Of a stretch of DNA of 64,000 nt, positions 50,752-61,149 are shown in pieces. The translations under genes were made by a program, and so were the position numbers. Numbering within the stretch: the first letter of the stretch is position 1; each line of letters starts with the position of its first letter. This stretch comes from an uncultured Planctomycetota bacterium (GTDB taxonomy: Bacteria; Planctomycetota; Planctomycetia; Pirellulales; Lacipirellulaceae): positions 179,350-243,349 of the forward strand of contig CAWAZX010000025.1 of NCBI GenBank assembly GCA_963786455.1, given 5' to 3'. Under the pieces are notes generated by a model, which was not told the DNA's origin, made no database searches, and saw only the letters and a list, made by a program, of their open reading frames with translations.

Positions 50752-53327
50752 TCAAGTCTGGCTCTGGTTGAGCCGCAGAATCGTCAGCGAATGCGGCGGA
50801 AACACGTGCTCGAACTTCGTCGCCGCGCTGTCGATGCGGCTTTCGACCGGCACGATGCGATCCGGTTCCTCCAGGCTGTTGTTATCCGCCAAAGCTCGGC
50901 GGATTGCAGCACGCTAACCGCCGCCTCCGGTGCGACGCTGGTCGATACCCTGCAAGTTAATGGACGCCGTGAGCGGCTCTGCCGCCAAGTTAATCGCCTT
51001 TACGATCAATTCGCCGCTCGCTTCGTCGCGACCGGCATTCACGAAAAACTTCTCCGGCGGCGTCGACGTGGCGTCGTGAATCAACTCGCCATCCAGAAAG
51101 CACCGAATGCGATTGCCGGCCAATTCGATCTTGATATCGTACCAGCGGTCCGATTCAATCCGTCCCCGCACCGGCTGGCCAACCGGCGTCTGATTCAGTT
51201 CAATGTGCATGCTGGCTGTTTCCCCAGCCGCCCAGATTCCACCAGAATCGGTCGGCGCCCTTGCGGCCGAACACGATCAAGAAGCCTTCTCGCCTGTGAA
51301 TTTGCGGGCCTTCAGCGTGAGCGTGTAGTCCGACCAGTTCTCGTCGCCAAAGTAACTCAGCGCCTGGCCGTCGCGACTTTGGCGGTACGCCCCATCTTCG
51401 ACGGACCACGAATCACGGTTCCCGCCGCGTCGCCGGCCGCCTTCCGGCTGCCAACCTTCTGTCGTTTTTGCGAAATCCGATGCATAAAGCACCTGCCCAT
51501 CCTTCTCCACGCGGATGTCTTTGAACTCGGCTGATGCGGCCCAAGTGCCGACGCCAATCTGCCCGGCGATGATCGGCGGTTTGGCGTTTGGGAACTTAAC
51601 GTCTGCTCGCCACCATCTGATCGGGCCGGTTCGTGCCGAACAACTTCCACAGGTAGTACGACGCCGTGCCGAACACCCGCGTGCCGTCGAAGTAGATCAT
51701 CGCGTGCCACGGCGGCGGCGCGCCGGTGAGCGCGGTGCGGCCTTCCACGTGGCCCAGCAGCGGCGCGTAAGAAACCATTTGCACCGTGTCGGCGTTCCGT
51801 TCGCAGCCCATCAGAAAAACGCCTTCGCGAGCGCGGCCAACAGATTGCCCCGCAGCGGGCCGGCATCGCCGGAAGTCACCGCCACTTCGCCCAGATACAG
51901 CGGCGGCAGCGCTGCGGTCGCGCTCGTCATATTCGCGGAACCGCGACTGAAACCAGCGCGGGTTCTGGTAATAGTGCCGGTCCACGATGTCGAACACTGC
52001 GCCCCGCATCGAGTCGTCACTCGTCCACGACAGATCGGCGAGATACTTCAAGTCCGGGTACTTCGCCTTCATCGCGTCGTAGATCAAGCAGGTAGCGATC
52101 GCGCAGCTCGCGGCCTTGGTTTTCGTTGCCGATTTCGATGTATTCCAATCCGAACGGCTCAGCGTGCCCGGCCGCTGCTCGCTTTGCACCCCACGTCGAA
52201 TCGACCGGGCCGTTGGCGTATTCGACAGATGTCAGAAAGTTATCGCGGACCCAACCCATTTCGTCCATCGGCACCGTTTCGCCACGGTGGCGGCGGAAAA
52301 TGCACGTCTGCCCGCAGAAACCAACCCACAATGGCTCCGCGCCGATGTCCTCGAAGAACTGCAGATATTCGAAGAGGCCCATGCCGTGCGTGCGGCGATA
52401 ATTCCACGGCCCCCAGCGTTCCGGGCGATTCTCACGGGGCCGATCGTGTGCTTCCAGTTGTAGGCCGTTTCGACCGTGCCGCGCTTCGACTACGCAGCCG
52501 CCGGGGAACCGCACGAAACCGGGCTTCAGGTCGGCAATCATCTGCGCGATGTCGGGCCGCAAACCATTCGGCCGATCTTTCCACGTCGTTTCCGGGAATA
52601 GCGAGACAAAGTCGAGCCACACGGTACCGGAGCTGCCCGCTCGGATGACCAGCCTGGATTGCGACTTCGTCCGGTCCACCGTCAGCGTGGCTTGAAACTG
52701 CTTCCAATCCGGGCCGATGCCATTCATCGTCGCCGCATCGGAACAAGCAATTCCGCCCCGGTCTTCAAGCTGCACCGTCAGGGGCCCGGCGAAATCCTTC
52801 CCGCGCGCGTAGAACGACACCCGATACCGCTCGCCGCTATGGGTCCCGATGCCGAAAAAACCATCGTTCGCAACGCCGATGCGCCCACCAGCATCCACGA
52901 CCTCCAACCGCAGGCAATGCGACGATTCCTCCGTGATGCCGCCGCTGGTCTCCAGGCGCATCGCCCCTAATGCGTTACCCTCGCGTACCAGCGACCAAAA
53001 TGGCAACCCGCCGACTTCATAACCAAACTCCTCGACGCCTGCCGGGAAGCCATTCGCATCGACCCAACGGTCGCCGCGCTGCTCGTATCCTTCGGGGGCC
53101 CGCGCATCTTCGAAGCCGCGGTTGCGAACTAACTCGGCATACAGGCCGCCGTCGACGCCGTGGTTGATCTCTTCCAGAAAAATGCCGTACATCCGCGGAT
53201 TGACGCGCGGCCCGTCCGTCGCTGCATCGATTGTGATTTGTGCTTCCGGCGCCGCGCTGGAAGCGCCACCAAATGCGGTGGCGAGACCACCTGCAAGAAC
53301 CAGGTATCGAAGCGCGCGGAACGACAT
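50752..53327 (-). CDS. GH51 alpha-L-arabinofuranosidase with an N-terminal CBM-like domain and an inserted DUF1080/LamG-like domain; at least 7 frame breaks
   Basis: Signal peptide MSFRALRYLVLAGGLATAFGG. Also NPRMYGIFLEEINHGVDGGLYAELVRNRGFE, LKPGFVRFPGGC, FEYLQFFEDIGAEPLWV, LEYIEIGNENQG, MVSYAPLL and ASYYLWKLFG. Inserted domain: WSVEDGAYRQS...ENWSDYTLTLKARK...WYDIKIELAGNRIRCFLDGELIHD. The C-terminal end is HSLTILRL. I prefer the ATG at 53327 over the GTG at 53360 because a terminator lies at 53361-53384. Confidence 0.75.
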
Positions 53328-53360
53328 GGCAGTTGAGAAGGAGGACGCGACATCGTGCAC

Positions 53361-53384
53361 AAAAACAAGCTGGCAGCCAGCTTA
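53361..53384 (-). terminator. intrinsic terminator after the PQQ-type dehydrogenase gene
   Basis: On the - strand, AAGCTGGC-T-GCCAGCTT is followed by GTTTTTGTG, located 54 nt after the reconstructed stop at 53438. Confidence 0.5.
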
Positions 53385-53437
53385 CTCGATGCCGCGCAGA
53401 AGGTCAAATCGCGGAAGCACGAAGTCGCCGTGTGCGC

Positions 53438-55156
53438 CTAACGCGATGTAGATCGGCGGCGACGTGCAGACGCGCCGCAGTATAGCGCACCACTGCCGGC
53501 CAGAAGGACGCAAGACAACCCGGCTCAGGCGTCAGTGAAGCGTTGCCACTTGCAGCACCGCTGGTCAGGCTCGTGCCGAATTCTGACCGCCACAGGTTGA
53601 AATCTGCATCGTCGACCACGCCACTACCGTCTCCATCGGCGCCCGTGTAGAACGGCACTTCTTGACCAAGCGAATCTTGCCACATGACGTAGTCGGCGGC
53701 ATCCACCGTGCCGTCATGGTTGTAATCACCCGCCGCTGTGCCGATGATCGGCCCCGTGATCTTGTACAACTCGCCACCGAGCTCGATGAAGTACAGGTTA
53801 CCGGCTTCGTCCTCGCCAAACGCGGTGACGCCCTCGATTTCCGAAGTGCCGCCCGCTGTTTGTCGATTGAAGGCGGTCGACAAATTCACCAGCGATCCCG
53901 GTACTACGCCGCCCAATCCGCCGTTCGCATCGCGGTCGATTCTCACTCCCCATACCTGATGGCTCGACCAGTCACCAAAGATGTACATGCCCTGCAATGC
54001 TTCAATCGGACCTCGATACACAAAACCGCCGGTCACGGAGCGCCCTTGGAACGGTTGTGCGCCGCCCGTGCCATATCCGCCGCCATAGTCGTACACGTAC
54101 GCTGGGGCCACGAAGCTGGGGTGGCCGCAAGGTAAATCCCCGGCTTCCTGGCCAGAGGCCGGCGCACAGAAGTCTCCTTCCATCACCCGCCAGCCGAAAT
54201 TCTGACCACCTGGGCTTTCATTGCGAATGAAATTGACCTCCTCGTCGCCGGAGGTCCAAATGGGCTGACTCGTATCTCGGAAGGCGCCGACGTCACCAAA
54301 GAAAAAGTCGCCCGTCACGCGGTCAAAGCTGCCCTGCCATGGACTGCGAACACCGTATGAGAAAATCTCCGGGGCCCCATTCACGCCATCGGCAAACGGG
54401 TTGTCTGGCGGAATCGAATACTGGCCAAACTCACCCGCCCCGCTACCAGACACATTGATCCGCAAGATTCCGCTCAGGAGATCGCGAGGATTCTGCCCCG
54501 TACGCAGCGTGTCACGATTACTGTCGCTATTGCCGCCGTCGCCACTGGTGATCCACAGCGTATCGGTATCATTCGGATGGAATCCCATCCAACCGCCGCT
54601 GTGGTCGGCGAGAGGTTGTGCCCATCGGAGAATGTTCGTCGATGGGCCAGCCGTTGGGATGTTCGACAGCGGGTCCGTGAGTGAGTAACGTCGGATATAG
54701 GTCCGGTGGTGGTACGGTGCCGGAAGCATGTCGGGATTGTTTCGGTCATCCGCCACGTGGACATACAAGTCGCCACTGGTCGCAAAGTCCGGTGCAAAGG
54801 TGAATCCCAACAGTCCCCAATATTGACCGGTGTCAATTTCGTCATTGGCCATCGAGTTGGGGATCGAGAAGAATGGACTCTGCGTCTTGGTGGTTAGATC
54901 GAAACGATAGATGTTGCCGTCTTGCCGCGAAATGAACAGATCATTCGGCCGCCCGGGCACAGGCGCGATTTGTGTATACGCGATCCCGTTGAAGGTGCCG
55001 CCGGACAAGTCGAGTAAAAGCTGCGCCGACGTTTTGGCCGAAACAAGCGGATCCACTCGCTTGGATTGCTAGCCCAACCAGCGCCAGCAATGGGTAGCGA
55101 ATCGGCCCGCAAGATGGGAATAGGCGCGGGTAGACCGATCTCGTGGATCGAGACAT
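53438..55156 (-). CDS. PQQ-dependent sugar (glucose/sorbosone) dehydrogenase-like beta-propeller with a dockerin-like repeat and PEP-CTERM; 2 frame breaks (signal peptide and last 30 codons)
   Basis: Signal peptide IRYPLLALVGLAIQAS. Also DHSGGWMGFHPNDTDTLWITSGDGG, YGVRSPWQGSFDRVTGDFFFGDVG, GQNFGWRVMEG and FGEDEAGNLYF. The dockerin-like part is GDYNHDGTVDAADYVMWQ...DGDGSGVVDDADFNLWRSEFG. The end reads TPEPGCLAS and, after a slip, LLAGSGALYCGASARRRRSTSR-stop. Confidence 0.8.
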
Positions 55157-55273
55157 GGCTCTCTCTTCTCACAAGTTCCATCAAATGCGGGACACTCCTG
55201 TCCTGCGGCGGCAGCCCTGCCCGCGCTGCCGCCACGCCTCAATCGCGCAATTCGCAGCTAGAAATTTCTTGGC

Positions 55274-57431
55274 TCACGAACGTCGCGACGGAAACACCAA
55301 GCAAGCTACGGCTACCGACAGCGCCATTATAACGCAAGATGCCGGCTCCGGCACGCTCGCAGCCAACGACGCAGCGCTGCCCGGATTGGCTTTGCCAAAG
55401 TTCGCGCCACACGCCGTAATCTTCCGGCTGAACTCCGTTTGTCGGATCGTTCATCAGCGGTCCGCCGTTCCGCCACAGCACGTAGTCGGCCGCGTCCACC
55501 ACGCCATTGTTGTTGAAGTCGCCTGTGATACCTCCGCCAGGAGCGGCGATGACTTTGAGCATCGCGTTACCGGCGGCGCCGGCGTTCACCATTAGTTGGT
55601 AGAACGGAACATCCGCGGGATCCAGCGTGATGCCACCCTGGTTTCCCAGGCCCACGGTGCTCGTGATGATGGTGAACATGTCGCCGACCTGAGGCACGAA
55701 ATTATTCACGAGAGAAACGTCGACCGTACCCGCCAGATTGGCCACGCCGATGACTTGCAGCACGTCGAACTGCCCGGCGGCCTTGCCTCCGAGCTCAATT
55801 GCGAGCCTGCCGCTGCTATGGGGGGTAAAGTTTCCGTCGACGGTGAGAGTGCCCGTGCTGTTTCCGGGCGAAATAGTGCCGCCTGGCGTTGTCGCATTTC
55901 CATTCGACAGAGCGCCGTTGATTCGTCCCGAGCCGCCTAAGTTCCCGCCGGCGACTAGTACGTTGCCGGTAGTGCCCGTATCGATATTGTTGTTGAAGTT
56001 GACTTGGCCTGTCGCCCTCGATCCGGAGCTGCTTGCCGTTGATATTGAATGCATTGTTAATATCTAGCCGGGCACCATTGGCGACGTTGATTCTGTTGTC
56101 GTTTGCGGCGGCTGCCGTGAGCGTTACGTCGACTTGAATCTCATGTGCTGCCATCGAGCACGTTAATGTACGTTTGATCGTTGTCGATGAGGCTCTGTGG
56201 ATCGGGCTCCAACGAAATCCCGCCAGCGCCGGCGATTGCGTATTTGTTGGCACTGTCGAATGTCAATGACCGGACAATGTTTGGGGTGTCGCGGTTGGTA
56301 AAGATCGTGGCCGGGCCTGATGTTTGATTCGCCGTCGAGAACATCACGTCGGTCGAATTGGCATCAGGTATTTGAGCCAATGTATTTGAACTCCAATTCG
56401 CAGCGCCGTTCCAATTGCCGCTGGCGTTGGCGTTGCCTGGATTCCACGTTGCATCCAGTGGCCGCTGGGTCTTGCGCACGGTGATCTCGAAAAAATCGAT
56501 TTCGGTCTGACCTGCGCGCAACCGGGGCATTGTTATGCAACGTAAACGACGGGCCGACCTCGAGCATTTGGCCGGTGATATTCAGGTCCTGGTTGAATAC
56601 CGAATTCCGATTGGTCCAAGTCATGCCGTCGAGCGATGTGGCGGAAGTGAACTGCGCGCAGCTTTTGGTCATGCGCACGCCACATTGGCAAGCCTACCGT
56701 CATCCCGGCTGCTCCGCCCGTGTTGATCTCCTGCTCCTCCGGCGTTGGATCGGTGTTGTCAACCTCAAGGATGTTTTGCGTCAAAAGATTTCCATTGTTT
56801 GGGTTTCCGGCATCTCCGCGGAAGCTGCCCATGGTGACGAACCGCTCCGTCGGTTCGAGCATGTCGCCGGCGGTGCGGCCAACGCCCGGCCCGGCCCGGC
56901 GGGCGATGATCGAGGTATAGGACCAATTACCGGCCGTTGCGCATTGATCTTGATCACCGCGTCAAAGCTATCCTCGGCTTTCACATTCGCGTGCAGCAAC
57001 GGTCCGTTGGTCTTATTTCCTTCCCACCCCATGCCCAGCGAGGCGTTGGTGTTGGGTTGCAGCACTAAGTCCTCAATGAACAGCACGTCAGGCTTCGGGT
57101 TCCGCCAAAATCAGCCCGTGTGCTTCGAGGACGGCGGAATCGCCGGGGTCCCGCCACCCACCGGATTGTGAATCGCTGTCCACGACTTATTCGTCGCTCC
57201 TGGGGTGGAAGTGATTAATGTTCCGGTTGCCGCCGCGCCGCCTCCAGCGGCATAGTCGAAGAATACATTGAACTCGTCACGGTACGTGACGGGTGCGTTC
57301 GCGTCGCTGGGAGTCCCAAACGTGAGTACGTCTGCCCGCGTGATTGGAGTACATGCAGCCAACAGTCCTCCCATCGCGAGCAGGCACGTCACGCTTTGGT
57401 GTGGACCATGACGACGGCGCGCCCTCACCAT
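55274..57431 (-). CDS. PEP-CTERM surface protein: LamG/DUF1349-like domain + beta-helix-like repeats + dockerin-like repeat; at least 8 frame breaks
   Basis: Signal peptide MVRARRRHGPHQSVTCLLAMGGLLAACTPITRA. Also FNVFFDYAAGGG and LGMGWEGNKTNGPLLHANVKAEDSFDAVIKINA. Later come GTLTVDGNFTPHSSGRLAIELGG...FDVLQV...GTVDVSLVNNFVPQVGDMFTII and GDFNNNGVVDAADYVLWR. After a slip the end is VPEPASCVIMALSVAVACLVFPSRRS-stop (55274). Confidence 0.65.
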
Positions 57432-58966
57432 CGAAGCAACGACTGCCGCACACAACGACGCTAACAATACCGTCGACGGCTCGGGAATCGCTCCTGCCAC
57501 GAGCGACACGCTACCGGGCCCAACGGCCAGATGAAACGCGCAGCCGCACTGCCGGTGAGTGACAAACCAAGATCGGTGACGCTTTCGGCCGTCAGCACCG
57601 TGTAGCTGGCACCGGGCGCGGTACGAAATCGTTGGCGAGCGACACGTTGAGCACGCCCCCAGCTGCGCTGAGCCAGACACGTCGATCACGCCGCCACCGA
57701 CTTCCACCGCCGGCTGCCGCTCGCGGTTTGCGTAAAGTCGCCAGCAAAGCTCGCTAATCCGACTAAATTGGCGTCGTTCACCAGGCTGCTAGTGCCGTTG
57801 CCGATCAAACAGGTGGGGCTGTCGTTGCAATTGATGGTGCCGGCGCCGAGCTGGTCCAGGTATGTCCGTTGAGAAACACGGGCAAATTTGATATTGAGGG
57901 TCGTGCCCGCGGCGGCTGTGGCGGTGACGTTGTCGTTCGCGATCAAGTCGAGCTGAATCTCATGCGAGCCCTGCAAAACATTGATGCCTGCATTACCGGT
58001 ATCGGCGTCCAGTGTAATGGTCGGTCGGCCTGATACGTACACTTGGGCGTCGTCGAAATTGATCTCGCTTAAGGGTCAGTTCGTGTGTTGTCAGACCGTA
58101 GCAGCGGCTTGAGTTAATGCCGCACCAAATGTGACCGTGACATTGTTGCCGCTCGGCGTGAAACCAATGAGCGGCGTCCAATTGCCTGGAACCGTGAAGT
58201 CGCCCGACCCCGCCAGGTTCCAACTGCAAGAAATGCAACGCTGCGCGGCATTTTCCACGCCGCTCCAAATCGTGGTGGCCGGCAAGCCCGTGCCGAAGTC
58301 GTGGGTATAGTTGAAATCGTCGCGAAAGTTTCCGGTCGTGGTCTGGATTCGACCGAATCAAACACGGCGCTGGAATTCGGCAGGGCTCCGATGCGCCGCC
58401 CGCCACGCCGGCCTGAAGCATAATACCGCTCAGGGCCGCGTTCGTTTGCGGGCCCATTTCGTGGGCTGTCCAAGTAATGTTGGCGTCGGTGCCGGAGCCG
58501 CGGTAGGCAAGAAATGATCCGCCACCCATATATCCAGCCGAACATACATCAGGTTGTCGGCTGTCTGCATGCCCGTATTCACCTCGGCTTCCACGCCTGC
58601 CGTGACCATATTCGATTGATGCGAAAAGGGCCCCGCCGCGGGGAGCGCGGAAACTCCAGGAGGATCGCCAGTTCTCGGTGCCATCCGGCGCTGATCAGAT
58701 TGGGAACACGAACCATCGCGCCGGCTTGTGACCAGTTGCCGGCGGTCTGACTGAAAATCTTGGCCCAAACCGAGACAAGCTCCGCCTCATTCACATTGCG
58801 GAACAGCAGCGGTCCCGAGTTATTGTTGGCTTCCCAGCCCACTCCGCTCAGGCCCATATGAAGTCCGCCATCGGGGCCGGAATTGAGGGCTGGACTTGTC
58901 CGGATGCTTGACGCCACGATAACGTCGCGACAGCAGCGTCGTGAGCAGAAGAGTTCTGTTCGACAT
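57411..58966 (-). CDS. PEP-CTERM surface protein with a LamG/DUF1349-like domain; at least 8 frame breaks and no stop codon found after the anchor
   Basis: GAAGGAAGGGA lies upstream of the ATG at 58966. MSNRTLLLTTLL..., LHMGLSGVGWEANNNSGPLLFRNVNEAELVSVWAKIF, and beta-helix-like INVLQGSHEIQLDLIANDNVTATAAAGTTLNI. Also LGGVLNVSLANDFVPRPGASYTVLTAE. The PEP-CTERM is IPEPSTVLLASLCAAVVASMVRARRR. Confidence 0.6.
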
Positions 58967-59534
58967 GTCGTCCCTTCCTTCGCGATCCAAAGTTTTCCCA
59001 CACGCGACAAACCGCGCCACGACGGTCAAACCAAGGGGAACCATTGGCCGCCGTGCCGTCCGCACCCGGCGCAACCCGATGGAAACGGTTACGCTACGAC
59101 TCCGGACAGAAATAGTACATTGAGTACAGAGTAATGTTTACGGTACCTGAGGTCAAGGAATTTATTGGGAAAATATGTGGCGCAGAATTCCACGAATCTC
59201 GTGATCTGCAGGGCCACGCAGGAAGATTCCACGGCGTCGAACAGTACAGTCTCAGGCCCCCCGTCACGCTGGAATCAGGAATACGGCTTTCAGCAGGTCA
59301 AAAAAACTTTCGAATATTTTGAACACACTCTTGCATTCTTTGTGCACAGAGTTAATTATGTGCGGATAGGGAAACAGCAGGGGCTCACGCAATCGCGGGA
59401 TGCCAGGGCCTTCGGTGTCGGGCGTTCGGCAGAATGCCGCTCCCGGTTTGCGATGCCTCGGTGGCGACAGGATTTGTTTTTTCACTAACAACTGCTGAGC
59501 GGAATCAAGTTCTCTTTCCGGGAGGTCATGGCTC

Positions 59535-60856
59535 ATGAGTGACTCCGATTCGCTAGTCTTCGGCCCAGCTTGTGGGCTGCGCTGTGGTTGCCGTGCTTTG
59601 TCTTGGCATAGCGGTGACTCCGGCGAAGGCCGTCGTGGAGACGGACAACTTCAGTACCTTCTTCGACTATTCCGGTGGCGCGGTCGGTGGCATTTGGGAC
59701 GGCAGCCACAACATGCCCAATCTGCGGCGGTTGGCTTTTTCAACGTGACATTCGACGATGAGCGTTGACCGTGGAGGACAACGGCTCGACGAACATGGGG
59801 TGGGAAGGGACACGGTCAAGACGCCGTTTTTATTTACGAATGTTCCAGCCGGACAAGACTTCACCGCAACCGTGAAGATGTACATCGCAAACGAGTGGTC
59901 AATGGTCGGCGGCGGGACTGATCGCCCGGGCGGCAAATTCTCCCACGCCCCCTGGCACTGGCGGCAAATCAACACCGATGAGAACTTTGTCACGTCCACG
60001 ACCTTCCGCACCGATGCCGCGAACGTGAACGAAGGCAACACGTTGCAAAAGAGAATCGAGGCCGGGCGCAAGTGAACGACAACAACATTGCAATCAATGC
60101 CACTGTCACGGAGCCTCTGCCAATTCTGGTGCGGATGGAGCGCGTGGGCGGCGGCATTACCTACCGCACTTGGGTATCGACTGACAATGGTGCGTCCTAT
60201 CAATTCCAAAGTCGAGTTCGGCCCACGGCCGGCAATGCACTTAGGGATCCTGCGGTTGGGATGCAAGTTGGCATTTCGTACCATGAATTTCGGCACGCTG
60301 TCCGGTACGACTCAGTTTGACGACTTTACGATTAGACACTTATGCGCCGCTGCCCGCGCTGGGTGCTCCAGTACTCCCGGCCAGCCTCGAACTCAATTTC
60401 ACCGTGGTAGTCTGGCTCAATGCACATCGACAATACGACTCCCAACGAAGGTCCAATGCAATGGACTCTGACGGCGGATGCCGGGAATCCGGCCGCGCCA
60501 CCAACCGCGACCACTAACCGCACAACAGCCACGTTGTTCCAGGCGGAAACGGCGGACAGCCGGCCGCGGCAGATGCCCTGGGTTTTCCGCTGCCGGCGTT
60601 TCCACCCTTTGGCTCATCCACCTTCCGTGTGGAATACGGCCGTGATCATGAATACGGCGGCCGGCAACATGCTTCCGGCGCAGCAATGGTCCGCCCGGTA
60701 CATATCGCTGGATCGTGCGGGCTACTAACGACTGGGGCCAGGTTTCGAATGACCTGATACTTACGGTTCGGCTGTTCGTTCCTGAGCCCACAAGCGTCGC
60801 GCTGATCTGCCTGGCGTGTCGTCCCACTGGTCGGCCTGATCCGGCGTAAGCGATAG
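59535..60856 (+). CDS. PEP-CTERM surface protein with a LamG/DUF1349-like domain; at least 8 frame breaks
   Basis: GGGAGG lies 9 nt upstream of the ATG at 59535. Signal-like LVGCAVVAVLCLGIAVTPAKA. Also FSTFFDYSGGAVGG, TNMGWEGTRSKTPFLFTNVPAGQDFTATVKMYIA and LPILVRMERVGGGITYRTWVSTDNGASYQF. The end is VPEPTSVALICLA and, after a slip, VVPLVGLIRRKR-stop (60856). Confidence 0.6.
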
Positions 60857-60889
60857 ATAGCCACACGGTTTGAAATCTTCGACAATTTG

Positions 60890-60927
60890 AACGAGCCGTA
60901 GAAATCTTCTACGGCTCGTTTTTTATT
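60890..60927 (+). terminator. rho-independent terminator
   Basis: AACGAGCCGTAGAA - ATC - TTCTACGGCTCGTT forms a perfect 14-bp stem immediately followed by TTTTATT, 34 nt after the stop of the upstream gene. Confidence 0.85.
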
Positions 60928-61149
60928 GAATCGCCCGGTGCGTTTAGACCCCCAAATTGATCGACGGATTGTCGACTTCGAATGATCCCGGGTTCAACTT
61001 CTCGCCGTGCCTGCGGCAGTTACGATAAAATCACAGTGTGGCCTGGAATGCCTGCTTCATTTTTTGGCCCGAACCAATGCGGGCGCGTGTAACACGCCGC
61101 AAGTCTCAGGGGTTGATGATGCCGGACGCGCGAACTTTTCGTCTGCCAG

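Noticed and set aside
2075-60856. Calling the frame-broken genes true pseudogenes, meaning a genome in reductive decay.
   Set aside because: This is not adopted as the primary reading. The disruptions I traced are indels only, I saw no clear nonsense codons, all catalytic motifs are preserved, and the localisable slips fall in homopolymers. It remains as an alternative in the mosaic finding because the block structure is unexplained.
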